Shown here: positions 15,494 through 24,520 of the stretch, one piece after another | How positions within the stretch are numbered: the stretch's first letter is position 1 | How the letters are laid out: the number at the start of each line of letters is the position of its first letter | Assembly: GCA_041494705.1 (NCBI GenBank) | Contig: JBGQBI010000006.1 | Span: 150,001 to 182,000 of the forward strand | Direction: 5' to 3' | DNA: 32,000 nt | Source: Candidatus Methanoperedens sp. | GTDB lineage: Archaea > Halobacteriota > Methanosarcinia > Methanosarcinales > Methanoperedenaceae | Translations under genes and position numbers: made by a program | The notes under the pieces: model-generated | What the model was told of the DNA's origin: nothing | Database searches by the model: none | The model's input: only the letters and a program-made list of their open reading frames with translations

Positions 15494-16210
15494 ATGAAAA
15501 TTGCATGGGGCATCACCGGCGCCGGACACTTCCTGCGCGAAAGTTTTGAGGTATTTAAAGAACTTAAACGAAATAAACCAGAGCTAAAAGTCACAACTTT
15601 TGTATCGCGCGCAGCCGAAGAAGTGATAAGGATGTACGGCCTTGCAAATGAGCTTTCAAATATTTCTTGCGGCAGCTACCTTGAAGAGTGCTTTTACGAA
15701 CGCGAGCAGGGAGCAAGTTTTCCCAAAACCGGCAGGTTTCTCCTGCAAAAATATGACGCCCTGGTAGTAACTCCCGCCACCTCAAACACTACCGCAAAAC
15801 TTGCATACGGAATAGCAGATACCCTTGTGACAAATGCAGTGGCGCAGGCTGTTAAAGGAGACGTCCCTGTTTATATTGTGCCGGTGGATATTGCAGGAAA
15901 AATAGAATCAAAAATGCCGTTCTTTATAGACAGGGAGATATGCATGAGATGCGAACTCTGCCCCCCGGCGCAGGAATGCCCGGACAACGCGATTACTGAC
16001 CAGATTAACCTCTTAAAATGCGACGGGTGCGGTCTATGCGTTACGCTTTGCAGCTACGGTGCGATAAGAGGCGGCTTAGCAAAACTCAAAGTGCGGGACG
16101 TGGACTCCAGAAATGTCACGATTTTGAAAGAACTCATGGGAATCACGGTAATAAATCATCCCCAAAAAGTCACTGGCATGATAAAAAAGCTTGAAAAATG
16201 CAAAAATTGA
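15494..16210 (+). CDS. iron-sulfur flavoprotein of the AfpA/DmrX type (possible dihydromethanopterin reductase)
   Basis: 238 aa. The N-terminal flavoprotein fold has WGITGAGHFL and VTPATSNTTAKLAYGIADTLVTNA. It is followed by two ferredoxin-type cluster motifs, CMRCELC...C and CDGCGLCVTLC. The specific function is inferred from the architecture only. Confidence 0.7.
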   Translation: MKIAWGITGAGHFLRESFEVFKELKRNKPELKVTTFVSRAAEEVIRMYGLANELSNISCGSYLEECFYEREQGASFPKTGRFLLQKYDALVVTPATSNTTAKLAYGIADTLVTNAVAQAVKGDVPVYIVPVDIAGKIESKMPFFIDREICMRCELCPPAQECPDNAITDQINLLKCDGCGLCVTLCSYGAIRGGLAKLKVRDVDSRNVTILKELMGITVINHPQKVTGMIKKLEKCKN

Positions 16211-16484
16211 AGTACTAAAGGAAATAAATGAAGAGGAAATAATAAGAAGGAGAAAAATCTTGTTCCCAACAAAAAAAGTTCAGACATTGACAGGTTCAAT
16301 TATACAGGTTGAGATGAAAGGCGATAAACATACACTTCAGGGCAAGCTTGAGAGTTCTGATGAGTATTTAAATCTGCATCTTGTTGAAACATATGAAGTT
16401 GTGGATGGAGTTAAAGCACGTTCTCTGGGTTCGGTGATTTTAAGGGGCAATAATATAATAATGTTAAGTCCAGTAGGGGAGTAG
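16191..16484 (+). CDS. archaeal Sm-like (LSm) protein
   Basis: Sm1/Sm2 pattern: IIQVEMKGDKHTLQGKLESSDEYLNLHL...GSVILRGNNIIML. The ATG at 16191 overlaps the upstream gene by 20 nt. An in-frame TTG at 16260, preceded by AGGAG, would give a canonical ~74-aa Sm protein. Confidence 0.85.
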   Translation: MKNAKIEVLKEINEEEIIRRRKILFPTKKVQTLTGSIIQVEMKGDKHTLQGKLESSDEYLNLHLVETYEVVDGVKARSLGSVILRGNNIIMLSPVGE

Positions 16485-16485
16485 A

Positions 16486-16827
16486 ATGGAAATAGAAGAA
16501 AAAATCCTTAAATTGATCAAATCCAGTAAAAATGGCATTTTACAGAACGAACTCTGGAAAAAAGCAAAAATAGACAGCAGCAAATGTTCACGTATTCTTG
16601 CCATGTTGGAAAAGGAAGGAAAAATAAGCCGGGAAAAGGAATCAAAAAAAGGTGTAAAAACATACCTTATTAAGTACATCGGGAAAAAAGAAGAAAAAAC
16701 CAGGAATTTCAAGTTATTGTTGATCGGGGATATGTTCTCCCCATGCACAGGATGCGCTCTTGAATGTGAACCTGAAAAATGTGTAATCCTCGCGGAATGG
16801 GTTTATGGTCTTGAAAAGGAAGGATAG
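16486..16827 (+). CDS. winged-helix DNA-binding protein with a C-terminal Cys cluster
   Basis: 113 aa. It has a wHTH-like N-terminus (ILKLIKSSKNGILQNELWKKAKIDSSKCSRILAMLEKEGKI) and a C-terminal CTGCALECEPEKC. The family is not recognised precisely. Confidence 0.7.
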   Translation: MEIEEKILKLIKSSKNGILQNELWKKAKIDSSKCSRILAMLEKEGKISREKESKKGVKTYLIKYIGKKEEKTRNFKLLLIGDMFSPCTGCALECEPEKCVILAEWVYGLEKEG

Positions 16828-16838
16828 GAAGGTAAGAC

Positions 16839-16912
16839 AGGCGGGTTTGAGGAGTGGGGGTTAGTATCGTTTTAAAAAAAAACCCGCCTATCTCGTTCGT
16901 TTTTTAACGAAC
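16839..16912. terminator. convergent terminator region between the wHTH gene and lig
   Basis: Inverted repeat AGGCGGGTTT (16839-16848) / AAACCCGCCT (16880-16889). It overlaps a 9-nt A run, which is a T run on the lig strand. A second hairpin GTTCGTT-tttt-AACGAAC lies at 16895-16912. Archaeal termination at oligo-T tracts is established, but use of these sites is inferred. Confidence 0.4.
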
Positions 16913-16955
16913 ATACGTATATTGGCGAACGATATAATATAGTTTTCGGTAGCCA

Positions 16956-18620
16956 TTATTTTCCTTTTTGTACCTTATAAAGCTGTTCAATCCTGTCTAT
17001 GGAATCGGCATCCTCAGCCGATTTATCGCTTCTCACATTGACAAGTCTCGGGAAACGAAGCGCATACCCTGAATCATAATTCGGGCTTTTCTGGATTTCC
17101 TCAAAAGCTACCTCAAATACTATTTTAGGTTCCAATTCGACATGAATGCCGCTTTCTAAAACAACAAGCTTTTTGAATAAATTCGTCAGCTCAGCCAGTT
17201 GTTCATCCGTGATTCCGGTTGCAACACGACCTATGGAAAGGAACCGGTCAGTATCAGGGTCGCGGCATGCCAGTAAGTAGGAACCAATCAGATTGGCTCT
17301 TCTTCCTTCCCCCCATTCTCCTCCGATTACCACCAGGTCAAGTGTCTCCATTACAGGCTTTAATTTGAGCCAGTTCTTTCCCCTTTTGCCGGGTGTATAA
17401 AATGAATCCGGGTTTTTCAACATGACTCCTTCATGCCCGGCAGCAAGCGCCTCTTTATAAATCGCTTCAATAATCGCCGTATCGCTGGTTACGATTTGCT
17501 TTGCGACAATGCTCTTGTCGCATATTTCCTCAAGTTTTTTTCGTCTCTCCGAAAGCGGAGCATCGATAAGCGTATCCCCGTTTAAATATAGTATATCAAA
17601 AAGGTTAAGGTATAGCGGAATTTCAATGGCGGTAGCGGAGATATCGTATTTTCGCCTGAAGCGCCGCAATATCTCCTGGAATGCCATCGGTCTTTTATCC
17701 CTGCCAATAGCCACTGCCTCGCCATCAAGAATCACGCTGTCTGCAGAAACATTGTTTCTTACAGCTTTTGCAATATCAGGCAAAGAAGATGTCACGTCCT
17801 CAAGTTTACGTGAATAAATCGTTATATTGCCGCCTTCCTTATGTACCTGGACGCGCGCCCCGTCAAATTTCCATTCGACGGCCACAGAACCCATTTCCTC
17901 CACAGCTTCCTTTATACCCGAAGCTATCTGTGCCAGCATCATTTTTAATGGCCTGTTTATTAAAACCCCGAGCCTGGAAAGTCCCGGCTCGCCTTCTTTT
18001 TTTGCAGTATAAGCAACCTGCCCGAAATCATTTGTAAGCATATACCCCCGCTCGACCAGTTCAGAAGATGTATCAAAAGCCTCGGCAATGGCATCCCGCA
18101 CGATTCCTTCCCCCACCCCTATTCGCAGTTCTTCAATCGATAAACGTGCAAGATAAACGATTTCCAGGGGTTTGGCTGAACTGAAAAGATACTGCAAATT
18201 CTTTATTTTTGCATCCTGCGAACCTTTCCCTGTAAGCCCTGCAATCTTCTGGAAGCGAAGGTACACTTCTTTAATAGAAAGTTCACCTTCAGAAAATAAA
18301 TTCAAGTGGGCTTTTCCAGAAGTTATTGCTTTTTCCGCTGCCAGCCCTATATCGCCTGTATCCCTCACAAATTCTTCTATGCGCTTGACAGGCAGCGACG
18401 AAGTTTTTGATATTGCAGAGTACAAAAGGTTTGGCCCGATGCCAAGTTCTTCCTTGCTCCAGACCGGAAAAACATGCCCCATAATAAAACGGGTAACAAT
18501 GGGAAGCTCCTCGTCGCTCACTTCCTTGAAAAAACCTGCAACTATAGATGTCATTTCAAGAGAACTTGAAATTTCTTCAATCCTGCTGCAGATTCTTGCA
18601 AACTCCAGAAATGAAGTCAT
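16956..18620 (-). CDS. lig: ATP-dependent DNA ligase
   Basis: 554 aa. Adenylation motif I EWKFDGARVQVH, LDGEAVA, and EGVMLK motif region. Confidence 0.95.
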   Translation of the reverse strand: MTSFLEFARICSRIEEISSSLEMTSIVAGFFKEVSDEELPIVTRFIMGHVFPVWSKEELGIGPNLLYSAISKTSSLPVKRIEEFVRDTGDIGLAAEKAITSGKAHLNLFSEGELSIKEVYLRFQKIAGLTGKGSQDAKIKNLQYLFSSAKPLEIVYLARLSIEELRIGVGEGIVRDAIAEAFDTSSELVERGYMLTNDFGQVAYTAKKEGEPGLSRLGVLINRPLKMMLAQIASGIKEAVEEMGSVAVEWKFDGARVQVHKEGGNITIYSRKLEDVTSSLPDIAKAVRNNVSADSVILDGEAVAIGRDKRPMAFQEILRRFRRKYDISATAIEIPLYLNLFDILYLNGDTLIDAPLSERRKKLEEICDKSIVAKQIVTSDTAIIEAIYKEALAAGHEGVMLKNPDSFYTPGKRGKNWLKLKPVMETLDLVVIGGEWGEGRRANLIGSYLLACRDPDTDRFLSIGRVATGITDEQLAELTNLFKKLVVLESGIHVELEPKIVFEVAFEEIQKSPNYDSGYALRFPRLVNVRSDKSAEDADSIDRIEQLYKVQKGK

Positions 18621-18626
18621 GTTAAT

Positions 18627-18869
18627 TCAGGGTCTTGCGTCTTTTCGAATCGTGTCATATACGATATATACCCCCAGCAATACCACGATTATAAAAATCG
18701 CACTGATAACCAGGGACAGGAGGGAATACCCGCCGCTATAAAACATTGAGCCTGTCCTTATATCCCCGATTATCATGCCATAACCGGTCAGCCTGTAAAC
18801 CAGACCCACGAGTCCGATTACTATTAAAACTACTCCTGCAAACAATCTTTCGCTCGGTTCTAAAGCCAT
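18627..18869 (-). CDS. small two-TM membrane protein
   Basis: 80 aa with two hydrophobic helices. It ends 6 bp upstream of the lig start on the same strand. Confidence 0.55.
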   Translation of the reverse strand: MALEPSERLFAGVVLIVIGLVGLVYRLTGYGMIIGDIRTGSMFYSGGYSLLSLVISAIFIIVVLLGVYIVYDTIRKDARP

Positions 18870-18918
18870 ACCTTCCTGGAACTATAGTAATAAGTAAAGG
18901 GTTTTGGCGCCCTTTTAC

Positions 18919-19521
18919 TTATTTTTTGGTCGCATTGCTAATTGCTGCCATATGGATAACGCCGACATCAGTACCATGGCAGTTCGTACAATATTTGCCT
19001 CTTGATAAATGGACTACTATCAGGTTGCCGTTGCTGGGTTTAAGTGAATCTGGGGGCGCAGCATGACATTGTTCACATACGCTGTAACTTCCCGGTCCTG
19101 TTCCATTCTGTATTGTGGGAATCTTTGGCGGGAACCCGTGGCATGTATCGCATTGCAGTCCGACTGTGCCCGGTCCTATATGAATATTATGCACCTGGCT
19201 TCCATGACAATTTATACAGAGTTTTCCCCCATTGACATGCGGGGGGAGGTTTTGTGGATTTGTATGACACAATTCGCATTTGACGGTTTCAATTTTCGGG
19301 GGAGCTGCAACAACAGGGGTTCCCTGTGCTCCCGTCTGTGCCGGGGTTTCTTTTGATGTCGATGCCACTGTTTTTTCAGGTGTTGGCGTAGCAGTGGAAG
19401 TTGTAGTAATTGGAGTGAATTTTGTCTTACCACCAAGAACAAAATAACCGCCGGCTGCAATAAGCAGGACTGCAACCAGAATTGCAATATAAATAGGAGC
19501 TTTCGAATCTTTTTCGGACAT
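18919..19521 (-). CDS. membrane-anchored pentahaem c-type cytochrome
   Basis: 200 aa. N-terminal TM helix (IYIAILVAVLLIAAGGYFVL), a Thr/Pro-rich linker, and five CxxCH motifs: CELCH, CINCH, CDTCH, CEQCH, CTNCH. Confidence 0.88.
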   Translation of the reverse strand: MSEKDSKAPIYIAILVAVLLIAAGGYFVLGGKTKFTPITTTSTATPTPEKTVASTSKETPAQTGAQGTPVVAAPPKIETVKCELCHTNPQNLPPHVNGGKLCINCHGSQVHNIHIGPGTVGLQCDTCHGFPPKIPTIQNGTGPGSYSVCEQCHAAPPDSLKPSNGNLIVVHLSRGKYCTNCHGTDVGVIHMAAISNATKK

Positions 19522-19591
19522 TTTACGTAATCACCATGGCTAATTAGGGTTCTGTATCGTTTTAAATGTTTTGGTTTTTGTCTATCATTTA

Positions 19592-19861
19592 TTAACTAGG
19601 GGATTCACCTGATTTTTTCCGCTCGTAAACGGGCATGCCGTCATATTCAATCCTGAATATCCTGTGGTAGGGAATATACACGTCCTCCACCACACCTTCA
19701 AGGATTAAAAATGACCTGTCGATATTTTTGATGGCGCTGCCTTCTACGATTTTCACGTTCCCGGGCGCACCCCTGTGGATGTAGTATATTTTACACCTGC
19801 GGAGGTCGAACCTCCACTTTATCTCGTTGAAGATATCGCGTGGGTGTTTGGATTTGAACAT
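19592..19861 (-). CDS. DUF504 / UPF0248 family protein
   Basis: 89 aa. The pattern IFNEIKWRFD...YIHRGAPG...IPYHRIFRIEYDG matches the small conserved archaeal UPF0248 family as I recall it. Confidence 0.75.
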   Translation of the reverse strand: MFKSKHPRDIFNEIKWRFDLRRCKIYYIHRGAPGNVKIVEGSAIKNIDRSFLILEGVVEDVYIPYHRIFRIEYDGMPVYERKKSGESPS

Positions 19862-19901
19862 AGAATAATGTCTTACTGCATGATATTTAAAGGAATGAGT
19901 A

Positions 19902-19986
19902 TGCGGAGGATGGGATTCGAACCCATGAACTCCTGCGAGAACAGCCCCTAAAGCTGTCGCCTTTGGCCTAGCTGGGCGACCTCCGC
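19902..19986 (-). tRNA. tRNA-Leu (TAG)
   Basis: Class II cloverleaf on the minus strand: acceptor GCGGAGG/CCTCCGC, 3-bp D stem GCC/GGC, anticodon stem ACAGC/GCTGT with loop TTTAGGG, long variable arm, T arm ATGGG-TTCGAAT-CCCAT, discriminator A. Confidence 0.9.
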
Positions 19987-20066
19987 ACCTGCCCCCAGAT
20001 TGATTTTTATCACATAAAGCTTTGATGTTTTAATTAAATTATAGTTAACTAACTATTGTAAACTAT

Positions 20067-20133
20067 CTTTGCGGCCTTTGCGTCTTTGCGGTGAACGACC
20101 ACATAACACCGCAAAGGCGCAGAGTGCGCAGAG
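20067..20133 (+). promoter_or_regulatory. long imperfect hairpin built from three CTTTGCG-type heptads per arm, just upstream of the DUF123 gene
   Basis: Left arm CTTTGCGGC-CTTTGCGT-CTTTGCGGTG (20067-20093), 13-nt loop, right arm CACCGCAAAG-GCGCAGAG-TGCGCAGAG (20107-20133). The inner 10 bp pair perfectly. It ends 13 bp before the ATG at 20147. Confidence 0.45.
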
Positions 20134-20146
20134 TTCAGGATGAACC

Positions 20147-20584
20147 ATGAAAGGAATTTACGTTCTAATCCTCAGGATGAATGAGACTAAAGACATCCGC
20201 GTAGGAAAACTCGGCAGGCTTCATTTCAGGAGAGGATACTACGCTTACGTGGGCTCAGCCCAGGGCAGCGAAGGAGATAAACGTGTAAAAAGACATTTCA
20301 ATGTAGCCCATGGCAGAAACACCACGAGAAAATGGCATATTGATTACCTCCTGCCGCACTCGGAGGTAATTTGCGCGGTTTTTTCGCCAACTGATGACGC
20401 GCTCGAATGCGTTGTTGCCAAGCTACTCGGCGAATATTCAATAGCTTTGCAGGGCTTTGGGTGCAGCGACTGCACCTGTGAATCGCATCTTTTCTTTACA
20501 GGTGGAAATATAATGGGCGAAGCTTCGGGAATCTGCGAAGGTGTCTCCGGGAACGAAAGTCTCATTATTTACCCGAACATGTAG
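20147..20584 (+). CDS. DUF123 / GIY-YIG nuclease-superfamily protein
   Basis: 145 aa. GIYVLIL...GYYAYVGSA and KWHIDYLL are the conserved DUF123 blocks. Confidence 0.8.
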   Translation: MKGIYVLILRMNETKDIRVGKLGRLHFRRGYYAYVGSAQGSEGDKRVKRHFNVAHGRNTTRKWHIDYLLPHSEVICAVFSPTDDALECVVAKLLGEYSIALQGFGCSDCTCESHLFFTGGNIMGEASGICEGVSGNESLIIYPNM

Positions 20585-20591
20585 GAACTAT

Positions 20592-21602
20592 ATGGACATC
20601 GGAATAATAGGAGGCTCAGGCTACACCGGGGGAGAGCTGCTGCGCTTGCTTGCACAGCACCCAGAAGCGAAAGTCATGGCCGTAACTTCACGCAGCAGGA
20701 AAGGACAGAAGGTCAGCGATACACACACGCATCTTCGGAAAATATACGACTTAAATTTCGAAGACATGGCGCCTGAAGAAGTGGCTTCACGCTGCGACAT
20801 CGTCTTCACAGCCGTCCCTCACGGCACCGCCATGCAGGTAGTTCCGGAGCTTCTTGATAATGGTATAAAAGTCATCGATCTGAGCGCGGATTACCGCCTC
20901 AGGACGGATGTTTTTGAAAAAACTTACAAGATGAAACATACCGACCCGCGTGATGCGGTTTACGGCATACCCGAACTCCATCCTGAAGTTGCAGAGCAAA
21001 ATTTCATCGCCAACCCCGGTTGTTACCCTACAGGAGCGTCGCTTGCCGCTGCGCCTCTTGCAGATGCGGGTCTTATCGAGCGCGTTGTTTTTGATTCAAA
21101 AAGCGGCATTTCAGGCGCGGGCGCGGAGCCAACGGTGGTATCCCATTATCCAAACATGGCAGAGAATATACAGGCGTATAAACTCACATCCCATCGCCAC
21201 CGCGCTGAAATCGTGCAGGAACTAACCCGGCTTGACAGCGGTTTAAAAAGCATAAGCTTCACGCCACACGTCATCCCATCCGTACGCGGCATCCTGACAA
21301 CGGCGCATATTTTTGTCAGGAAGGAATTGGATGAAGAGGATGTTAGCGAAATCTACCGGGATTTTTACCAGGATAAGCCTTTTATCAGGCTGATACAAGG
21401 AATACCGATGCTCGGCAGCGTGCGCGGCTCGAATTTCTGCGATATCGGTTTTGAGATTGAAAAAAACAGCGACAGGATAGTTGTCATATCCGCAATAGAT
21501 AATCTTGTAAAAGGGGCGTCAGGCCAGGCAATCCAAAATATGAACCTGATGTTCGGGCTCCACGAAACCACGGGCCTCTGGACACCTGCCATCGCTCCGT
21601 GA
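20592..21602 (+). CDS. argC: N-acetyl-gamma-glutamyl-phosphate reductase
   Basis: MDIGIIGGSGYTGGELLRLL N-terminus and active-site region ANPGCYPT. The start is placed at the internal Met that matches the family N-terminus and avoids overlap with the upstream gene. Confidence 0.93.
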   Translation: MDIGIIGGSGYTGGELLRLLAQHPEAKVMAVTSRSRKGQKVSDTHTHLRKIYDLNFEDMAPEEVASRCDIVFTAVPHGTAMQVVPELLDNGIKVIDLSADYRLRTDVFEKTYKMKHTDPRDAVYGIPELHPEVAEQNFIANPGCYPTGASLAAAPLADAGLIERVVFDSKSGISGAGAEPTVVSHYPNMAENIQAYKLTSHRHRAEIVQELTRLDSGLKSISFTPHVIPSVRGILTTAHIFVRKELDEEDVSEIYRDFYQDKPFIRLIQGIPMLGSVRGSNFCDIGFEIEKNSDRIVVISAIDNLVKGASGQAIQNMNLMFGLHETTGLWTPAIAP

Positions 21603-21610
21603 GGTAAAAT

Positions 21611-22084
21611 ATGAAAATAAAAGAAGTGATGAATAAGGACGTAATTACATGCAAACCTGATGACTCATTAAGCCAGATTTCAAAGCTGTTTCGGGAAAAC
21701 CACATCAGCGGCCTGCCTGTTGTTGAAAAGGGAAAAGTCGTCGGACTTGTTTCTGAAACGGATTTGATAAAGTTATTTAAATCCCCTGAGTTTTCAAATG
21801 AATTGTGGCTCCCCAGCCCTCTTGAAATAATTGAAATCCCCATCAGGAATATCGTGAGGCTTGAAGAGACAAAGAAAGCCCTTGAAAATCTGAAACTGCG
21901 CCCGGTGAGGGATATTATGACAAAAACCGTGCATGCCATTTCTCCGGACGATAGCCTTGAAAAAGCATCAGGCATCATGGTCAAGTTTAAAATCAACAGA
22001 TTGCCCGTTATCGAAAATGGCAGGCTTGTTGGTATCGTGGCGCGAAGCGACATAATAAGGGGGCTCTCGGAAGCCGCAGAATAA
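21611..22084 (+). CDS. CBS-domain pair protein
   Basis: 157 aa with two CBS repeats (VMNKDVITCKPDDSL...HISGLPVV and IMTKTVHAISPDDSL...INRLPVI). Confidence 0.85.
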   Translation: MKIKEVMNKDVITCKPDDSLSQISKLFRENHISGLPVVEKGKVVGLVSETDLIKLFKSPEFSNELWLPSPLEIIEIPIRNIVRLEETKKALENLKLRPVRDIMTKTVHAISPDDSLEKASGIMVKFKINRLPVIENGRLVGIVARSDIIRGLSEAAE

Positions 22085-22086
22085 TT

Positions 22087-23262
22087 ATGAAAATCATGAA
22101 GGGCGGTATCTGTGTGGTCAGGGGGGTCAGGGCAAACGGGATTAAGGAAGGTAAGAACGGCCTTGCAGTAATCGTAGCCGATTCAAAAAAACTTTCTTCA
22201 GCCGGCGTTTTTACGCGAAATAAGGTTATAGCGGCTCCACTTATCGTGACAAAAGAAGCACTCGCAAAAGGAGATTTAAAGGCGGTAATTGCCAACAGCG
22301 GATGCGCAAACGCTTTTACAGGTAAACGCGGGCTTGATGATGCCCGCTGGATGACGCAGATTCTGGCAAAAAAATTGAAGTGCAAACCTGATGAAATCGG
22401 TGTAGCTTCTACTGGTGTTATCGGGCGAAATCTTGATAAAATATGGATTGGGGAGCATCTTGATGGGGTTTATAATAATCTTGCAACTTCAGAGGATGCA
22501 GGAAAAGCCGCAGCCAGGGCTATAATGACCACGGATACATCCATGAAAGAGATAGCTATCGAGCTTGATAACGGGGTTCGCATTGGCGGGATGGCGAAAG
22601 GCTCGGGGATGATAGAGCCGAATATGGGGACTATGCTTGCGTTTTTATATACGGATGCGGCTTTATCAAAGGAAGCTCTCAACGCCTGCTTAAAAAAAGC
22701 AGTCGATAAGAGTTTTAACATGGTAGTGGTGGATGGCGATACAAGTACTAACGACATGGCGCTTATTACAGCTACGGGCTATCTGGAATGCGGTGCAGAA
22801 GTGTTCCAGCAGGGGCTTGATTTTGTATGCCGGAACCTTGCTAAAATGATAGCAAGGGACGGGGAAGGCGCGACAAGGTTAATCGAGGCAAGGGTTACCG
22901 GCGCGCAAAGCGAGGATGACGCGCGAAAGGCTGCAAAGGCTATTGTGCGTTCGCCGCTTGTGAAGACCGCAATATTCGGGAAAGACCCGAACTGGGGAAG
23001 GGTGGTGGCTGCGGTGGGGTATTCCGGCGCCGAGGTTGACCAGGATAAGATTTCACTTAAGTTCTCGGATAATAAAAATGAGGTCATGCTTGTTGATTCT
23101 GGCAGGATTGTTGAGGGAAAGCTTGAGGCGCTGAAGAGCATAATGGAGAGCAAGGAGATTTTTATCGAAGCGGCACTCGGTTTAGGCGACTTCGAGGCGA
23201 CTGCATGGGGATGCGATTTGACGTATGACTATGTGAAGATTAATGCGATGTATACGACTTAA
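22087..23262 (+). CDS. argJ: bifunctional ornithine acetyltransferase / N-acetylglutamate synthase
   Basis: 391 aa. IMTTDT, the self-cleavage region GMIEPNMGTMLAF, and the C-terminal DLTYDYVKINAMYTT. Confidence 0.93.
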   Translation: MKIMKGGICVVRGVRANGIKEGKNGLAVIVADSKKLSSAGVFTRNKVIAAPLIVTKEALAKGDLKAVIANSGCANAFTGKRGLDDARWMTQILAKKLKCKPDEIGVASTGVIGRNLDKIWIGEHLDGVYNNLATSEDAGKAAARAIMTTDTSMKEIAIELDNGVRIGGMAKGSGMIEPNMGTMLAFLYTDAALSKEALNACLKKAVDKSFNMVVVDGDTSTNDMALITATGYLECGAEVFQQGLDFVCRNLAKMIARDGEGATRLIEARVTGAQSEDDARKAAKAIVRSPLVKTAIFGKDPNWGRVVAAVGYSGAEVDQDKISLKFSDNKNEVMLVDSGRIVEGKLEALKSIMESKEIFIEAALGLGDFEATAWGCDLTYDYVKINAMYTT

Positions 23263-23330
23263 CATCGCCCGTGATAGTAGCATTTAAGTTTCTTAAAACT
23301 AAGGATTAATGGGCAGGGAATTGATATACT

Positions 23331-24506
23331 ATGAACCTCAAAAAATCCGGCTTCTCCACACGCGCAATCCATTCAGGTGAGCGGGAAGAAGAAACCGGAG
23401 CGGTCGTAACCCCAATTTACCAGACCGCGCCTTTTAAGTTCAAAAGCGCAGCCCATGCAGCAAGCGTGATGGCTGGTGAGGAAAAAGGGTACGTGTATTC
23501 CCGTGGCTTGAACCCCACGACAGAAGTGCTTGAAGAAAAAATGGCAGACCTCGAGGGCGGCGAGGCGGCGCTTGCGCAGGCTACGGGAATGGCAGCCATA
23601 AGCGCGGCGGTTTTCACTTCCATCAAAGCAGGCGACCATGTGATTGCAGATGAGGTTATCTACGGCAGCACATACGACCTGTTCGTTGACATGGCGAAAT
23701 TCGGCGTGGATGTGAGTTTCATAGATACATCCATTGCCGGAAGTGTGGAGGCTGCCTTCCGGCCGAACACGAAACTTGTATTTTTTGAAACACCTGCCAA
23801 TCCTACCATGAAACTTACAGACATAAAAACAGTCTCGGAAATCGCCCACGAGAGGGATGCAGCAGTGATGGTCGATAATACCTATATGACGCCTTATTAC
23901 CAGCAGCCGCTCGCGCTCGGCGCCGATGTGGTAGTTCACAGCGCAACGAAATACTTAAACGGTCACGGCGATACTCTCGGCGGCGTCATTGTTGGCTCTT
24001 CAGATTTCATAAAACGGGCAAGGCACACCGCAAAGAACATCGGCGGCGCAATAAGCCCTTTTTCGGCATGGCTTATCATACGCGGGATGAAAACGCTGAC
24101 GGTGCGCATGGAGAGGCACACTGAGAATGCAATGGCAGTGGCAAGATTCCTGGAAGGGCACAATAAAATAGAGCGGGTAATTTATCCGGGTCTTCCGGAC
24201 TTTCCACAGTACGACCTTGCAAAAAAACAGATGTCGGGGTTTGGAGGCATGATAGCCTTCCTGCTGAAAGATGCAAGTGATGTCCAGTTATTCCTCGATT
24301 CTCTTGAGCTATGCACGCTTGCCGTGAGCCTTGGCGAAACCGGGACGCTTATCCAGCATCCTGCCACCATGACCCATGCAGTTGTCCCGCGGGATGACAG
24401 GATAAAATACGGGATTGCTGATGAGCTTGTGCGCCTGTCAGTGGGGCTTGAGGATGTGGAGGATATAATTGCGGATTTGGGGCAGGCGCTGGATAGTGTC
24501 GGTTGA
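23331..24506 (+). CDS. Cys/Met-metabolism PLP-dependent enzyme (methionine gamma-lyase / cystathionine gamma-synthase family)
   Basis: 391 aa. PLP-lysine motif SATKYLNGHGD and the family N-terminus TRAIHSG. The exact reaction cannot be assigned from sequence alone. Confidence 0.88.
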   Translation: MNLKKSGFSTRAIHSGEREEETGAVVTPIYQTAPFKFKSAAHAASVMAGEEKGYVYSRGLNPTTEVLEEKMADLEGGEAALAQATGMAAISAAVFTSIKAGDHVIADEVIYGSTYDLFVDMAKFGVDVSFIDTSIAGSVEAAFRPNTKLVFFETPANPTMKLTDIKTVSEIAHERDAAVMVDNTYMTPYYQQPLALGADVVVHSATKYLNGHGDTLGGVIVGSSDFIKRARHTAKNIGGAISPFSAWLIIRGMKTLTVRMERHTENAMAVARFLEGHNKIERVIYPGLPDFPQYDLAKKQMSGFGGMIAFLLKDASDVQLFLDSLELCTLAVSLGETGTLIQHPATMTHAVVPRDDRIKYGIADELVRLSVGLEDVEDIIADLGQALDSVG

Positions 24507-24520
24507 AGTTTAATCCTCCC

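Noticed and set aside
16864-16876. The 13-mer GTATCGTTTTAAA recurs at 19554-19566, the second copy preceded by GGTTCTGT, which resembles the IS tip
   Set aside because: Both copies lie in AT-rich intergenic DNA. The second probably overlaps the TATA region of the pentahaem cytochrome gene. The 8-mer match to the IS inverted repeat does not extend, so there is no evidence of an element.
19862-20146. Integrated element at tRNA-Leu
   Set aside because: The 3' end of the tRNA faces the DUF504 gene, not the DUF123 side. I found no duplicated tRNA 3' segment (att repeat) and no integrase gene in the window.
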